In this document: positions 29,999 through 38,529 of the stretch, piece by piece
How the letters are laid out: each line of letters opens with the position of its first letter
Position numbering within the stretch: the stretch's first letter is position 1
Origin: Ignavibacteriota bacterium
GTDB lineage: Bacteria > Bacteroidota > Ignavibacteria > Palsa-1295
Assembly (NCBI GenBank): GCA_963787835.1
Contig: CAWBEI010000002.1
Span: 476,369-540,368, forward strand
Length of the DNA: 64,000 nucleotides
Direction of reading: 5' to 3'
Notes under the pieces: generated by a model
Databases searched by the model: none
What the model was told of the DNA's origin: nothing
The model's input: the letters and a program-made list of their open reading frames with translations, nothing else
Translations under genes and position numbers: made by a program

Positions 29999-32900
29999 CT
30001 ACCGGTCAATAATAAAAGGAGTGGCAACCCGCCATCCAAGCGAGCTCACCTCAAGCATATACCGGCCAGAACTCAAAGCGTCCATCGGTATATTAATGGT
30101 ATAAGTGCCACGGGTAAAGCTCTGAGCCAGAATGTTTGTGATCAATTTCCCCGTCATATCATAGAGTCCGGCTTCAACGAACCCGTCGTTGCCAAGTTGA
30201 AGACCGAAACTGGCGGACTCCGAAGCCGGATCTGGCGTGACTGGTCCTATCGCGTAGTTGCCACCAGGCACGAATTGCCCATTCAATCCAGTGCAATCCG
30301 TCACCACAACGCTTCCACGGGTTACCTCAATATTTACTGAAGTATCGGTCGTAAGTTTGAGCCCGATCGCAGAGGATGCTCGCGGGCCGAGCAGCGTCAG
30401 CCACGAAATGGCTTCTATAAAACCTGGGTTGCTGAAATCGATCGTTTCAGAAAAAGCAACGGAATCCTGCAAAACGGAATGCGCAGGGCTTGTAAACCCA
30501 CTGATAAAAGCAACAACGGATGGATCGTAGGTAACAGCGACACTTGCCGGATATTGGCCTTTCAGCGATGATGAATCAAGACGGATCGTTGTGACAACAG
30601 TATCGCCTGCACGCGCCGCCGCATTAGAAATAGTGAAATGTGCCCAGAGACTTCCCTCTTTGAACCCTGTTCCACGAAGTGCCAATTTGAATGGCTGACC
30701 GATATTCGGATAGAGCGTCGCTGTATCGATCTCTGTGCCGGAGTCCGATGGACAAAAACGAAACTTCACTTCTGCCGATCCGAAAGATGGAACCAGAATC
30801 GGCATTGAAGAAGCAGGTTGAAACGCTGAACTCTTCCAGGCAATGGAGTCGATCGATACAGAGGGCCCACACGGGTTCCCGATGAGCGAGGAATCTTCGC
30901 CGCAATCCGGCACGAGAACGGAATCGAAGTCAATACTTTCTGCGGCCAGACCGCTATCAATTCCTTTTCCGGATAGAATAATATCAATAGTAGAATCGCA
31001 GCCGGCATCACCCAAGATAAGTTGGACAGTGTCCAACATTTCGACGGTATCCGACGGCTCCGATGGGGTAAACGAAAATCGTAATGAGGAAATCTGGCCA
31101 GGAAGCATCCGGCTCACAGTATCCAGGATGGCGAACCGTCCTCCTGAATTGAGATTAGAAATCGAAACGGCAAGCGTGTCAAGCCCGAGATTGACCAAGC
31201 TATCGCCGGCCATCACACTATCGCTGATGCAGACAAAATGAAATGGAACGACCGAATCGAAATGAACCTGTGCGCCCACCACTCGATACGAAAGGATCGT
31301 AGAAAGAATAGTATCGGAAAGCTGATAGAGGATCGTATCGGTAAATCGCCCAGTGGAATCGGGAACCCATGAAATTTGCACAGGATAACGCTCGTTCGGC
31401 TGGAGTATCACATCGATGCTATCGTGTTGGGGAGGCTCTTTACGTTGCAATGTTTGGAGCGTGATGGTGTCATTCCCTAAGTTTGAGATAGTATCGGTAA
31501 AGGTGATGGTGTGTCCTAAGCAATTCGGCCCAAGATCATGTGCTCCAAGCGACGATGCAAGACGACTCACTCCTACACCTGCTAATTCGATCGAATCCTG
31601 ACGGTCATCGAGCGCTTGCGTTTGTCGAACATCGCCCGAATCCGTTGGGCAAAATGTAAGGATCAGCATTCTTTTCTGCGAAGGTGCAATTGCGGTATCA
31701 GGCGGATCGAGCCTCATAGAAAAAGGTGGAGTGTTCCACGAACTACGATCAAGGTAAAGCGTATCCGCTCCGGCGGAAAGAAGAGACACGGTGTCACTCT
31801 TGCACTGCCCGATCGGTACATTCCCAAAGTTGACATTCGATGGGGAGATCACGAGGGAATCCTGCCTTACAAGTCCTGTTCCAAAGAGGGTCATAACTTT
31901 GGTTGAATCGGTTGGATCGTTAGAAAGGAATGTGATAGCGGCCACATCAGAAGCTGCAGAATCCGGGCAGAATTCTACCTGAAGTGTATCCGACTGGGAT
32001 GGAGGGATCCGAAGCGCGGTATCGGGAACCAGTGAAAACCCGGAAGGGCCGGAGATGGAACCTTTGCCAATCGAGAGCGGTGCTTCCCCTTCATTCCGGA
32101 TGACCAGCGCAAGTGTTTTGCAGCGGCCAACGCGCACGGTTCCAAAATCCAGTGTATCCTGAACAACAAGGAATGGCGATGCCGAATGGGAAATGATCGC
32201 CATGCTGACATCAGACACCAGCCAGCCCGGTTCATAGGTGAAGTGCATTGGATCGGATGATGGCTGGTTTACTTCAACAAACGCGACCACATAGAGCAAG
32301 GAGTCATGTAAAAGTGGTAACCATTTTGCCCAATTCCCGGCCGGAGCTCGAACGGTGTCAACCCACTCCCAATCCGTGTGTTGCGTTCTATAGAATATCC
32401 TAATGGTATCGAGCGTATTTGTGAGATCCTGAGCGGTTCCCGTTACAAGCACAGAACCGTTCGAATTCACAATGGTCGGCGTGGGCACGACAGCGATGCC
32501 CTCAGTCCAGACCGGCGATAGTTGTTGAGCCGGAGTCATGTTCGAAGCACCATCTATACGTACGCGCCCAAGCCCACCAAGCCCACCAGCAAACCCAGAT
32601 GAATCTATGCCCGGTTGACCTGCATTTCCACCATCGACATTAATACTTGTAGAAGAACCACGAATGCCTTTTGGACTTGCCAGATAGATCGCACCACCTG
32701 ATCCGCCGCCGCCGCCCGCAGCAATTTCTATGCCCGAAGTGCCTGAATCTCCTCGCGCGCTGAACGTTGAAGAAATTGCGACTATCGAATCGAAAGAAAC
32801 CAGTTCGATCGCACCACCACCACCACCGCCCGAACCACCTAACGTACCATCGCCAAGATCGACCGAATTTCCCGCACCGCCGCCGGAACCTCCCGCAAGC

Positions 32901-34018
32901 GGCACGAGAAATCTTCCACCATTTACTTGACCGCCATTCGCCCCGTTCCCAAATTGCTGATCAAAACCACCAATGCCCGCAGTACCAAATCCCCCACCTC
33001 CGCCGCCGTATTCAATGAACGGATTAACATCCTCTCCTCCGCCGGAACCGCCACCAAAACCGCCAGATGACGATGGCGATGAACCCAAACTTGCCACACC
33101 GCTCATTCCATAGGGCGCACCGGTACCACCACCACCACCCTGATCATCCGGATTACTTTGCCCTCCCACGACACCGGTCGCAGCGCCTCCTCCGGATGCG
33201 CCAAGCGTATCGAACCCCTCAGAAGCGGAACCGGAATTCCCAAGTGAATCGCTCGGGCAACTTCCTCCGCCAGTGAAACCTATTCCGCCGGCACCGCCCC
33301 AACCATGTCCACCCCCACCGCCACCGGGGCCCCCGTTGATACCTTCGGCATCGACGGAGACCGTCGAATTCGAAAGGCGAACCGGTCCTTTGGAAAGAAG
33401 CACAACCGGAAGGAGTCTTGGGTTGCTCGGGAACGTATCAGGGTTAATTGTTGAAAAAAAGATATGTGCGTTCGTAACGATGAGCGAATCAACCAATAAG
33501 GTATTGCTTCCCGAGAGCTGGCCAAATCCATCACCGATGGTGGTATCCTGTGTGATGGGGCCTAAGTGTTGCAGCGAATCAATATAAAAATTTACCGTGT
33601 CGGACTGCCCCAATAGCGGGCTAAATACAAAAAATGGCACTGACCCAAACGAGGCGCCGGGTACAATAAAGAGGGGGATCTGAAGCACCCTCCCATTCCA
33701 GGTAACGATGGTTGGTCCGACGATCACACGATCGGTGTCCGCAGCATTTAATAGAACAAAGCGTACCGAGGAATCGAGTGCATCATATCCAAACGGACGG
33801 AAGTCGCTCCCGCGCGCAAGAAGTTCCACAACTACATTCATTCCCGGCGCGGCACGGTCCGGACGAATCGTTACTATATGACCAACCTGAGCCTGTGCGG
33901 GAAACGCGAAAGACAGCGCGAGAATCAATAACAACAAATAACCACTAACGAATGATGGATGAAGGAATTTTTCCCCCCATTCACCATTCGCCATTCGTAA
34001 TTCGTAATTCCTTTTCAT
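29999..34018 (-). CDS. Giant (about 1,339 aa) secreted T9SS cargo protein with a Gly-rich beta-helix-like region and multiple ASH / choice-of-anchor-D-like repeats. The exact start is uncertain
   Basis: Signal peptide (…LLLLILALSFAFPAQAQ). Long GGxGG glycine-rich tract. Repeated …DFG(T/N)V.(V/I)G…L.I.N.G… modules. The type-A sorting domain …GRYMLEVSSLGWRVATPFIIDR. The first ~13 codons fall inside a heptamer-repeat element. Confidence 0.8.
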   Translation of the reverse strand: MKRNYELRMANGEWGEKFLHPSFVSGYLLLLILALSFAFPAQAQVGHIVTIRPDRAAPGMNVVVELLARGSDFRPFGYDALDSSVRFVLLNAADTDRVIVGPTIVTWNGRVLQIPLFIVPGASFGSVPFFVFSPLLGQSDTVNFYIDSLQHLGPITQDTTIGDGFGQLSGSNTLLVDSLIVTNAHIFFSTINPDTFPSNPRLLPVVLLSKGPVRLSNSTVSVDAEGINGGPGGGGGGHGWGGAGGIGFTGGGSCPSDSLGNSGSASEGFDTLGASGGGAATGVVGGQSNPDDQGGGGGTGAPYGMSGVASLGSSPSSSGGFGGGSGGGEDVNPFIEYGGGGGGFGTAGIGGFDQQFGNGANGGQVNGGRFLVPLAGGSGGGAGNSVDLGDGTLGGSGGGGGGAIELVSFDSIVAISSTFSARGDSGTSGIEIAAGGGGGSGGAIYLASPKGIRGSSTSINVDGGNAGQPGIDSSGFAGGLGGLGRVRIDGASNMTPAQQLSPVWTEGIAVVPTPTIVNSNGSVLVTGTAQDLTNTLDTIRIFYRTQHTDWEWVDTVRAPAGNWAKWLPLLHDSLLYVVAFVEVNQPSSDPMHFTYEPGWLVSDVSMAIISHSASPFLVVQDTLDFGTVRVGRCKTLALVIRNEGEAPLSIGKGSISGPSGFSLVPDTALRIPPSQSDTLQVEFCPDSAASDVAAITFLSNDPTDSTKVMTLFGTGLVRQDSLVISPSNVNFGNVPIGQCKSDTVSLLSAGADTLYLDRSSWNTPPFSMRLDPPDTAIAPSQKRMLILTFCPTDSGDVRQTQALDDRQDSIELAGVGVSRLASSLGAHDLGPNCLGHTITFTDTISNLGNDTITLQTLQRKEPPQHDSIDVILQPNERYPVQISWVPDSTGRFTDTILYQLSDTILSTILSYRVVGAQVHFDSVVPFHFVCISDSVMAGDSLVNLGLDTLAVSISNLNSGGRFAILDTVSRMLPGQISSLRFSFTPSEPSDTVEMLDTVQLILGDAGCDSTIDIILSGKGIDSGLAAESIDFDSVLVPDCGEDSSLIGNPCGPSVSIDSIAWKSSAFQPASSMPILVPSFGSAEVKFRFCPSDSGTEIDTATLYPNIGQPFKLALRGTGFKEGSLWAHFTISNAAARAGDTVVTTIRLDSSSLKGQYPASVAVTYDPSVVAFISGFTSPAHSVLQDSVAFSETIDFSNPGFIEAISWLTLLGPRASSAIGLKLTTDTSVNIEVTRGSVVVTDCTGLNGQFVPGGNYAIGPVTPDPASESASFGLQLGNDGFVEAGLYDMTGKLITNILAQSFTRGTYTINIPMDALSSGRYMLEVSSLGWRVATPFIIDR

Positions 34019-35499
34019 TGGCCTCGCTCGATGGTTATGTTAACGGTTCGAGAGAAGAAACGTCCCTCAGGAAGGTTGTTGTCGTACGGAAGATCTCGAG
34101 AACCACGCCCCTGACTATGAATCTCGATGGCTGTGGGTTCGACCCCTTCCGTACGAAGCATACCTTCGAGGCGAGATCGCACATTATCCGCCCGCGTCTC
34201 ACTTAGTTCGTCGTTATGTGCGGGATCTCCCATTTCATCCGTGTATCCTTGAATGAGGACACGCTTTACAGGCACTTTGGGTGTCATATCCGCTGCACTT
34301 CGAATCGAACGCTCGTTTCCAATGCCAAGCTGGGATTCGTCGAAGCCAAATAGAATAAGGCTAAAACGTTCGATTCGTTCCGGCCGGTCGCTCGCAACGC
34401 GGATGATACTCAGCGGGATGCTTGAATGCGCATGAGCATGATCGCCAAGCGAGTCTGACACATCATAATCAATGTCGAGTGAATCTCGAAGCTTGTTCAA
34501 CGTCTCTTCCGTCGGTGCCCATTCTTTTTCCTCGGCACGGTTCATGGAATCATTTCCAAAACTTTGAAGCACGATGCCCTGTGCACTGATCGTGGCGCTG
34601 GAACGGTCAATTGGTGATTGGGTCGTTACGGTGGGAAGCAGCTTGATTCGGTCCGGAGTAGCCAGATGCTCGATGTTCGTCACTGTAACGGGCGCCGTGA
34701 TACGAAACGCCGTCGAATCGCTTCCATCCACGCGGAATTCTACCCGGCGATCCTCTTCCCGCCCATGTTCTGTTCCCGAAGGACTCGGCTTCGCTGGTAA
34801 TAGCATCGCTTCAACTTTCAACCGCGAGGGATCTATCTTCCAAATTTTGACAAGATAATTCTTTACCGTCTCCGCCCGTTTTCTTGCGAGCGCGAGTAAT
34901 GCCGCATCGGAGCGATCTGCAATGCTATCGCGGTCGTCGGTATTATCCGTACTGCCGATGAGCGTGATACGAGTCTTCGGGAATTTTCGCATCCGGTCAC
35001 CAAGAATATTCAATGTTTCCCGGTAAAGATCCATCAGCTTAACGTCATGCCGTTCCGAGGAACCCTGAAATTCCCGCGCTGCCTCTTCCGGCGTGGCATA
35101 CGTTACATATCGCGAGGGGAAATTTACAGACCCGGCATCGAAGAAAATATAATTAAGGATCGGGTCGGCGTTACGGGTACGGATCTCCTCGACCGTCATT
35201 TGCACCACCGGCGAGGTATCGCCACTCGATGAGATAGCAATTGCCCGAATCGAAGCACGTAGCTTTGGAACTTCCTCTGCTTGCGCTTTAGACAGTAGTG
35301 GCACGACGACCGGAACTTCACTTTTTACAAAAACGGGTACCCGCTCCATCCTTGGCGTGAGATCGAACAGTAATGCGAACGTTGCATTTAATTCTATCTC
35401 TCGCCAATAACTTGCATCCCGCCCAATCGGAACAGCGATGTTCCGCCACCGGCTTGACCACCGAATGGCATTGTTACTCCAAAGCCCGGCTCGGCCCAC
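34015..35499 (-). CDS. OmpA-family protein with two OmpA/MotB-like peptidoglycan-binding domains. Start uncertain (a likely internal Met is at ~35349)
   Basis: …RITLIGSTDNTDDRDSIADRSDAALLALARKRAETVKNYL… and …RVLIQGYTDEMGDPAHNDELSETRADNVRSRL…. The stop overlaps the giant-gene start (ATGA). Confidence 0.7.
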   Translation of the reverse strand: MGRAGLWSNNAIRWSSRWRNIAVPIGRDASYWREIELNATFALLFDLTPRMERVPVFVKSEVPVVVPLLSKAQAEEVPKLRASIRAIAISSSGDTSPVVQMTVEEIRTRNADPILNYIFFDAGSVNFPSRYVTYATPEEAAREFQGSSERHDVKLMDLYRETLNILGDRMRKFPKTRITLIGSTDNTDDRDSIADRSDAALLALARKRAETVKNYLVKIWKIDPSRLKVEAMLLPAKPSPSGTEHGREEDRRVEFRVDGSDSTAFRITAPVTVTNIEHLATPDRIKLLPTVTTQSPIDRSSATISAQGIVLQSFGNDSMNRAEEKEWAPTEETLNKLRDSLDIDYDVSDSLGDHAHAHSSIPLSIIRVASDRPERIERFSLILFGFDESQLGIGNERSIRSAADMTPKVPVKRVLIQGYTDEMGDPAHNDELSETRADNVRSRLEGMLRTEGVEPTAIEIHSQGRGSRDLPYDNNLPEGRFFSRTVNITIERGQ

Positions 35500-36203
35500 A
35501 GCTTCTTCGAAAGCGGCGCATCATAGTTCATGCCAAGTGAGAGTGCGGGAACCAGTGCAAATTTTTTCGGAAAATTTCCGGAACCGGTGGTCGTATCCCG
35601 TGTTCCGTCGTTGAGTTCATTCCCAGGCTCAACCACATGGAGTGATGTCTGATACGATTGCAAGAAAAGCATCCCTACATTTGCTCCGGCAATGGCATGC
35701 CACCGTTTTGCGAACTCATAATAAAAACCGCCACCAATTCCAGCTTCACCGATCGTTGCAAGCAGTTCATGGCGGATGCTGAACGGCGTAAGCGTGTGAT
35801 TGACCGCGTCATAGCTCAGATCGCTTTCGGTCCAGTTGAATTCCGGATGGTGATACTGCAGGAACAAACTCGGCTGAAAACTCCAAGGATCATTATCACC
35901 CCAGAGTGGCATATCGGCAAGGAATCGAAATCCATAATCATTGCCGGTTCCCATCGAGTATTCATCACAACCGATCAAAGCTATTGGCGCAGGGATCGTC
36001 GCTTCATAATAATCCCCCCAACCATAATTGATCTGGATTCCTGCTCGGAGCGGCTTATGCTCGATCAGGAAAGAACTTTCGATCAGCGTATCCTTCATCA
36101 CAAGGGAATCTCGCCGGGCACTGCTTGGAGCTTGCGCCCGCACGCCGGCAGAGGCAAGGAGAAATATGCTCACATATAGATACAGGAGATTTCTTCGCCT
36201 CAT
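35394..36203 (-). CDS. Outer-membrane beta-barrel protein (porin-like; possibly PorP/SprF-like)
   Basis: Signal peptide (MRRRNLLYLYVSIFLLASAGVRAQA), alternating amphipathic beta strands, aromatic-rich. Lies upstream of the OmpA and cargo genes. Confidence 0.45.
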   Translation of the reverse strand: MRRRNLLYLYVSIFLLASAGVRAQAPSSARRDSLVMKDTLIESSFLIEHKPLRAGIQINYGWGDYYEATIPAPIALIGCDEYSMGTGNDYGFRFLADMPLWGDNDPWSFQPSLFLQYHHPEFNWTESDLSYDAVNHTLTPFSIRHELLATIGEAGIGGGFYYEFAKRWHAIAGANVGMLFLQSYQTSLHVVEPGNELNDGTRDTTTGSGNFPKKFALVPALSLGMNYDAPLSKKLWAEPGFGVTMPFGGQAGGGTSLFRLGGMQVIGER

Positions 36204-36384
36204 TCGCACTAATAGAAATTTCAGCCATGCAGGTAGCACTTCCCTTTAACGGGTCAGAACCATGATAATTTCCCGTGCCAGAAAATTAGGAAGCTCGCTC
36301 CGACCTAAGGAAAGTATTTCCTGCGATCCAAGCGAGCTTCGGGATGAGATGTACTACAACTATTTTTCTTGACCCAGTGAACGG

Positions 36385-37059
36385 TTAGTGCCCTGGACTG
36401 ATTTTCGGCGGCTCAAGACTTACTGGCCCTCCACCGGCTGCACCACTAACTGGTTCTGAATCTCTGGTTTGAACCGCATTCTGTTGGTGGTTCATTGCAT
36501 GGGCCGATCGAGAGTGAACTACAGGTTTATTCTCCGCCGACTTCATTTCATTGCTGATCGGAGCAGAAGAAACATTCGGAGCCACATTCGTCGATGGCAA
36601 TTCTTTCACAGACGGAGAAACCGGCTGGGCCATACGAGTAACTTGCTGAACCTGAGGTACGACGGGATTAACGACCGCGCGTACTCCATATCCCACAAGC
36701 GCCGCAACCGAGAGGCTGGCCACAGTAACGAGCGTACTCAGCTTCGTGGCAAATAGCGCCTTGATAACGCTGCCCGAAGATGCCGCCTGAACCGTACCCG
36801 CTTTGGTCGCGCTTAGTCCCGAACCGCTTAGACCGGCGCCGAGGCCGAGCGTCGCAAAGACTGCGCCGCGAAGGTTACGCGGAGGGTTCAGAACTGCTTC
36901 ATCGTGATGAAGAACTTTTTTCAGCACGAGTTCCGAGCGAAAGGACTTTCTGAGCGCCTCGCTGGAGGCGAGCGCGATCAGGAATTCCTGCTCATGTTCG
37001 GCAGAGAACTCGTTATCGATGTATGAACTGATTCGATCGTCGTGTGTCATAAAATTCAT
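36385..37059 (-). CDS. Putative anti-sigma factor (single-TM)
   Basis: Immediately downstream of an ECF sigma gene. N-terminal cytoplasmic domain (…YIDNEFSAEHEQEFLIALASSEALRKSF…), a Gly/Ala-rich TM, and a C-terminal extracytoplasmic tail. Confidence 0.55.
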   Translation of the reverse strand: MNFMTHDDRISSYIDNEFSAEHEQEFLIALASSEALRKSFRSELVLKKVLHHDEAVLNPPRNLRGAVFATLGLGAGLSGSGLSATKAGTVQAASSGSVIKALFATKLSTLVTVASLSVAALVGYGVRAVVNPVVPQVQQVTRMAQPVSPSVKELPSTNVAPNVSSAPISNEMKSAENKPVVHSRSAHAMNHQQNAVQTRDSEPVSGAAGGGPVSLEPPKISPGH

Positions 37060-37127
37060 TCGATTCCATTAATCCTGAAAATCAAGCCTGAACATCCGCT
37101 TGAATCGGCGTACTCCAGGTTCTGGCT

Positions 37128-37775
37128 CTACTCCGTTTTCCGGAGTTCCAGCCAGGCTGCGATCATTTTTCTCAAACGCTCGCGTGCGCGCCACGCCCTT
37201 GTTTTTGCGGTCACAGCAGGAGCTCCGATGATCTCGGATAGCTCATCGTACGAATACCCGAAGTACTCATGCAAAATGAACGCCTCTCGCTGTGCTGCCG
37301 GAAGCCTAAGTAACGCTCGTTCGAGCATATCGCGCAGGTCCGAATCTTCCAGCCCATCGCCGCGCACCGCAAGTTCCGTCTCGGGCGTATCGTCGATCGA
37401 GATGTTCGGCAGCAGCTTTCGGTCGCGGATGGCGTTCAGCGAAAGATTTCGTGCCACCGTAAATAGCAGTCCCGAAAATTTCAGGACAGTCTTTCGCTCG
37501 CCGCGGAGTCGGTACATCCGTGTCCAGACATCCTGAAAGACATCCTCCGCATCGCTCCTCGATCCGACGAAACGCACTACATATAAGTAGAGCGGACGTT
37601 CGAATGCATCGTAGAGCGCCCGGAAAGCCTCGTCGTTCCCATCCAGAAAGCTGTTAAAGGCTTCTGTGTCGGCATCGGTGGAGGGGGGCACTGTGCCAGG
37701 ATCAAATTCCGAGACGCCAGTCGATAACTCGGCTGGAAAAACATCATAAATGCTCTCGTTTCGATCTAATGGCAT
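37128..37775 (-). CDS. RNA polymerase ECF-type sigma-70 factor
   Basis: Region 2 (…FRALYDAFERPLYLYVVRFVGSRSDAEDVFQDVWTRMY…) and region 4 (…LRLPAAQREAFILHEYFGYSYDELSEI…). Confidence 0.85.
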   Translation of the reverse strand: MPLDRNESIYDVFPAELSTGVSEFDPGTVPPSTDADTEAFNSFLDGNDEAFRALYDAFERPLYLYVVRFVGSRSDAEDVFQDVWTRMYRLRGERKTVLKFSGLLFTVARNLSLNAIRDRKLLPNISIDDTPETELAVRGDGLEDSDLRDMLERALLRLPAAQREAFILHEYFGYSYDELSEIIGAPAVTAKTRAWRARERLRKMIAAWLELRKTE

Positions 37776-38459
37776 AGCTTAGGAACCCCAGAAATCCGAC
37801 TTTTGCGCCCGGCGCATCCGTTTTGCACCATACATCGCCGCCCGATCAACTGGTAATTCTATCCCCCTCCCATGAGCGACACGGCGATAGACCCAAAAGT
37901 TACAAGCAGTATCAAAAAAACGCATTTTGTCTCCAAGAAATGCTTGGCAGTGTGTTTGTTCTTTTGGAGTTCATGAACTGTCGCGTTATAGACTCGGAAA
38001 CGCCATCTGTTCTTTCGGCAAAGTGCCATCATATTTTTTTTACATATTCATTTAATGAACTTTTTTCTCGCTCGAATCAACTATTCATGAATTCAAGCGT
38101 CATTACGTTCGAAATTCCCATCCTTCTTTAATCTTTAAGATCCATCCTTTCTTAATCCTGAAAATCCTGTAAATCGTGGTCTAATTTACACTTTCCGAAA
38201 CAGGTGCCCATAATCCCACTCTCAAACATACAACATCCCAAACCCAAAAGCAAGGAAAATCTGAATATAATTGAATTTTTTCAGCGCCGTTAGGCGCGGC
38301 CCGTTTGTAGAAAATGATCGTTTTATGAAATCGATCGAGCTCCGTAAGAGCGGGCACAGGTCGCTCCTACGGAGCTTGAAATGCCTAAATGGGATAATTT
38401 CTACAAACTGGCCACGCCTACGGCGTTGTCATTGTCTGAACCTGGAATTCTGAGATAAT

Positions 38460-38519
38460 GTGTACACCGGGTTTCAACCCGGTGCGGGATTCTTCACCGG
38501 GTTGAAACCCGGTGTACAC
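38460..38519. terminator. Perfect 25-bp inverted repeat; each arm is itself palindromic. It lies downstream of the 822-aa gene
   Basis: GTGTACACCGGGTTTCAACCCGGTG-cgggattcttc-CACCGGGTTGAAACCCGGTGTACAC. Confidence 0.6.
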
Positions 38520-38529
38520 TTGAAACAGG

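Noticed and set aside
37823-38453. Short plus-strand ORFs (102 and 60 aa) in the AT-rich intergenic region
   Set aside because: No motifs, AT-rich low-complexity, in a region better explained as promoter and terminator space. Kept only as a possible regulatory region.
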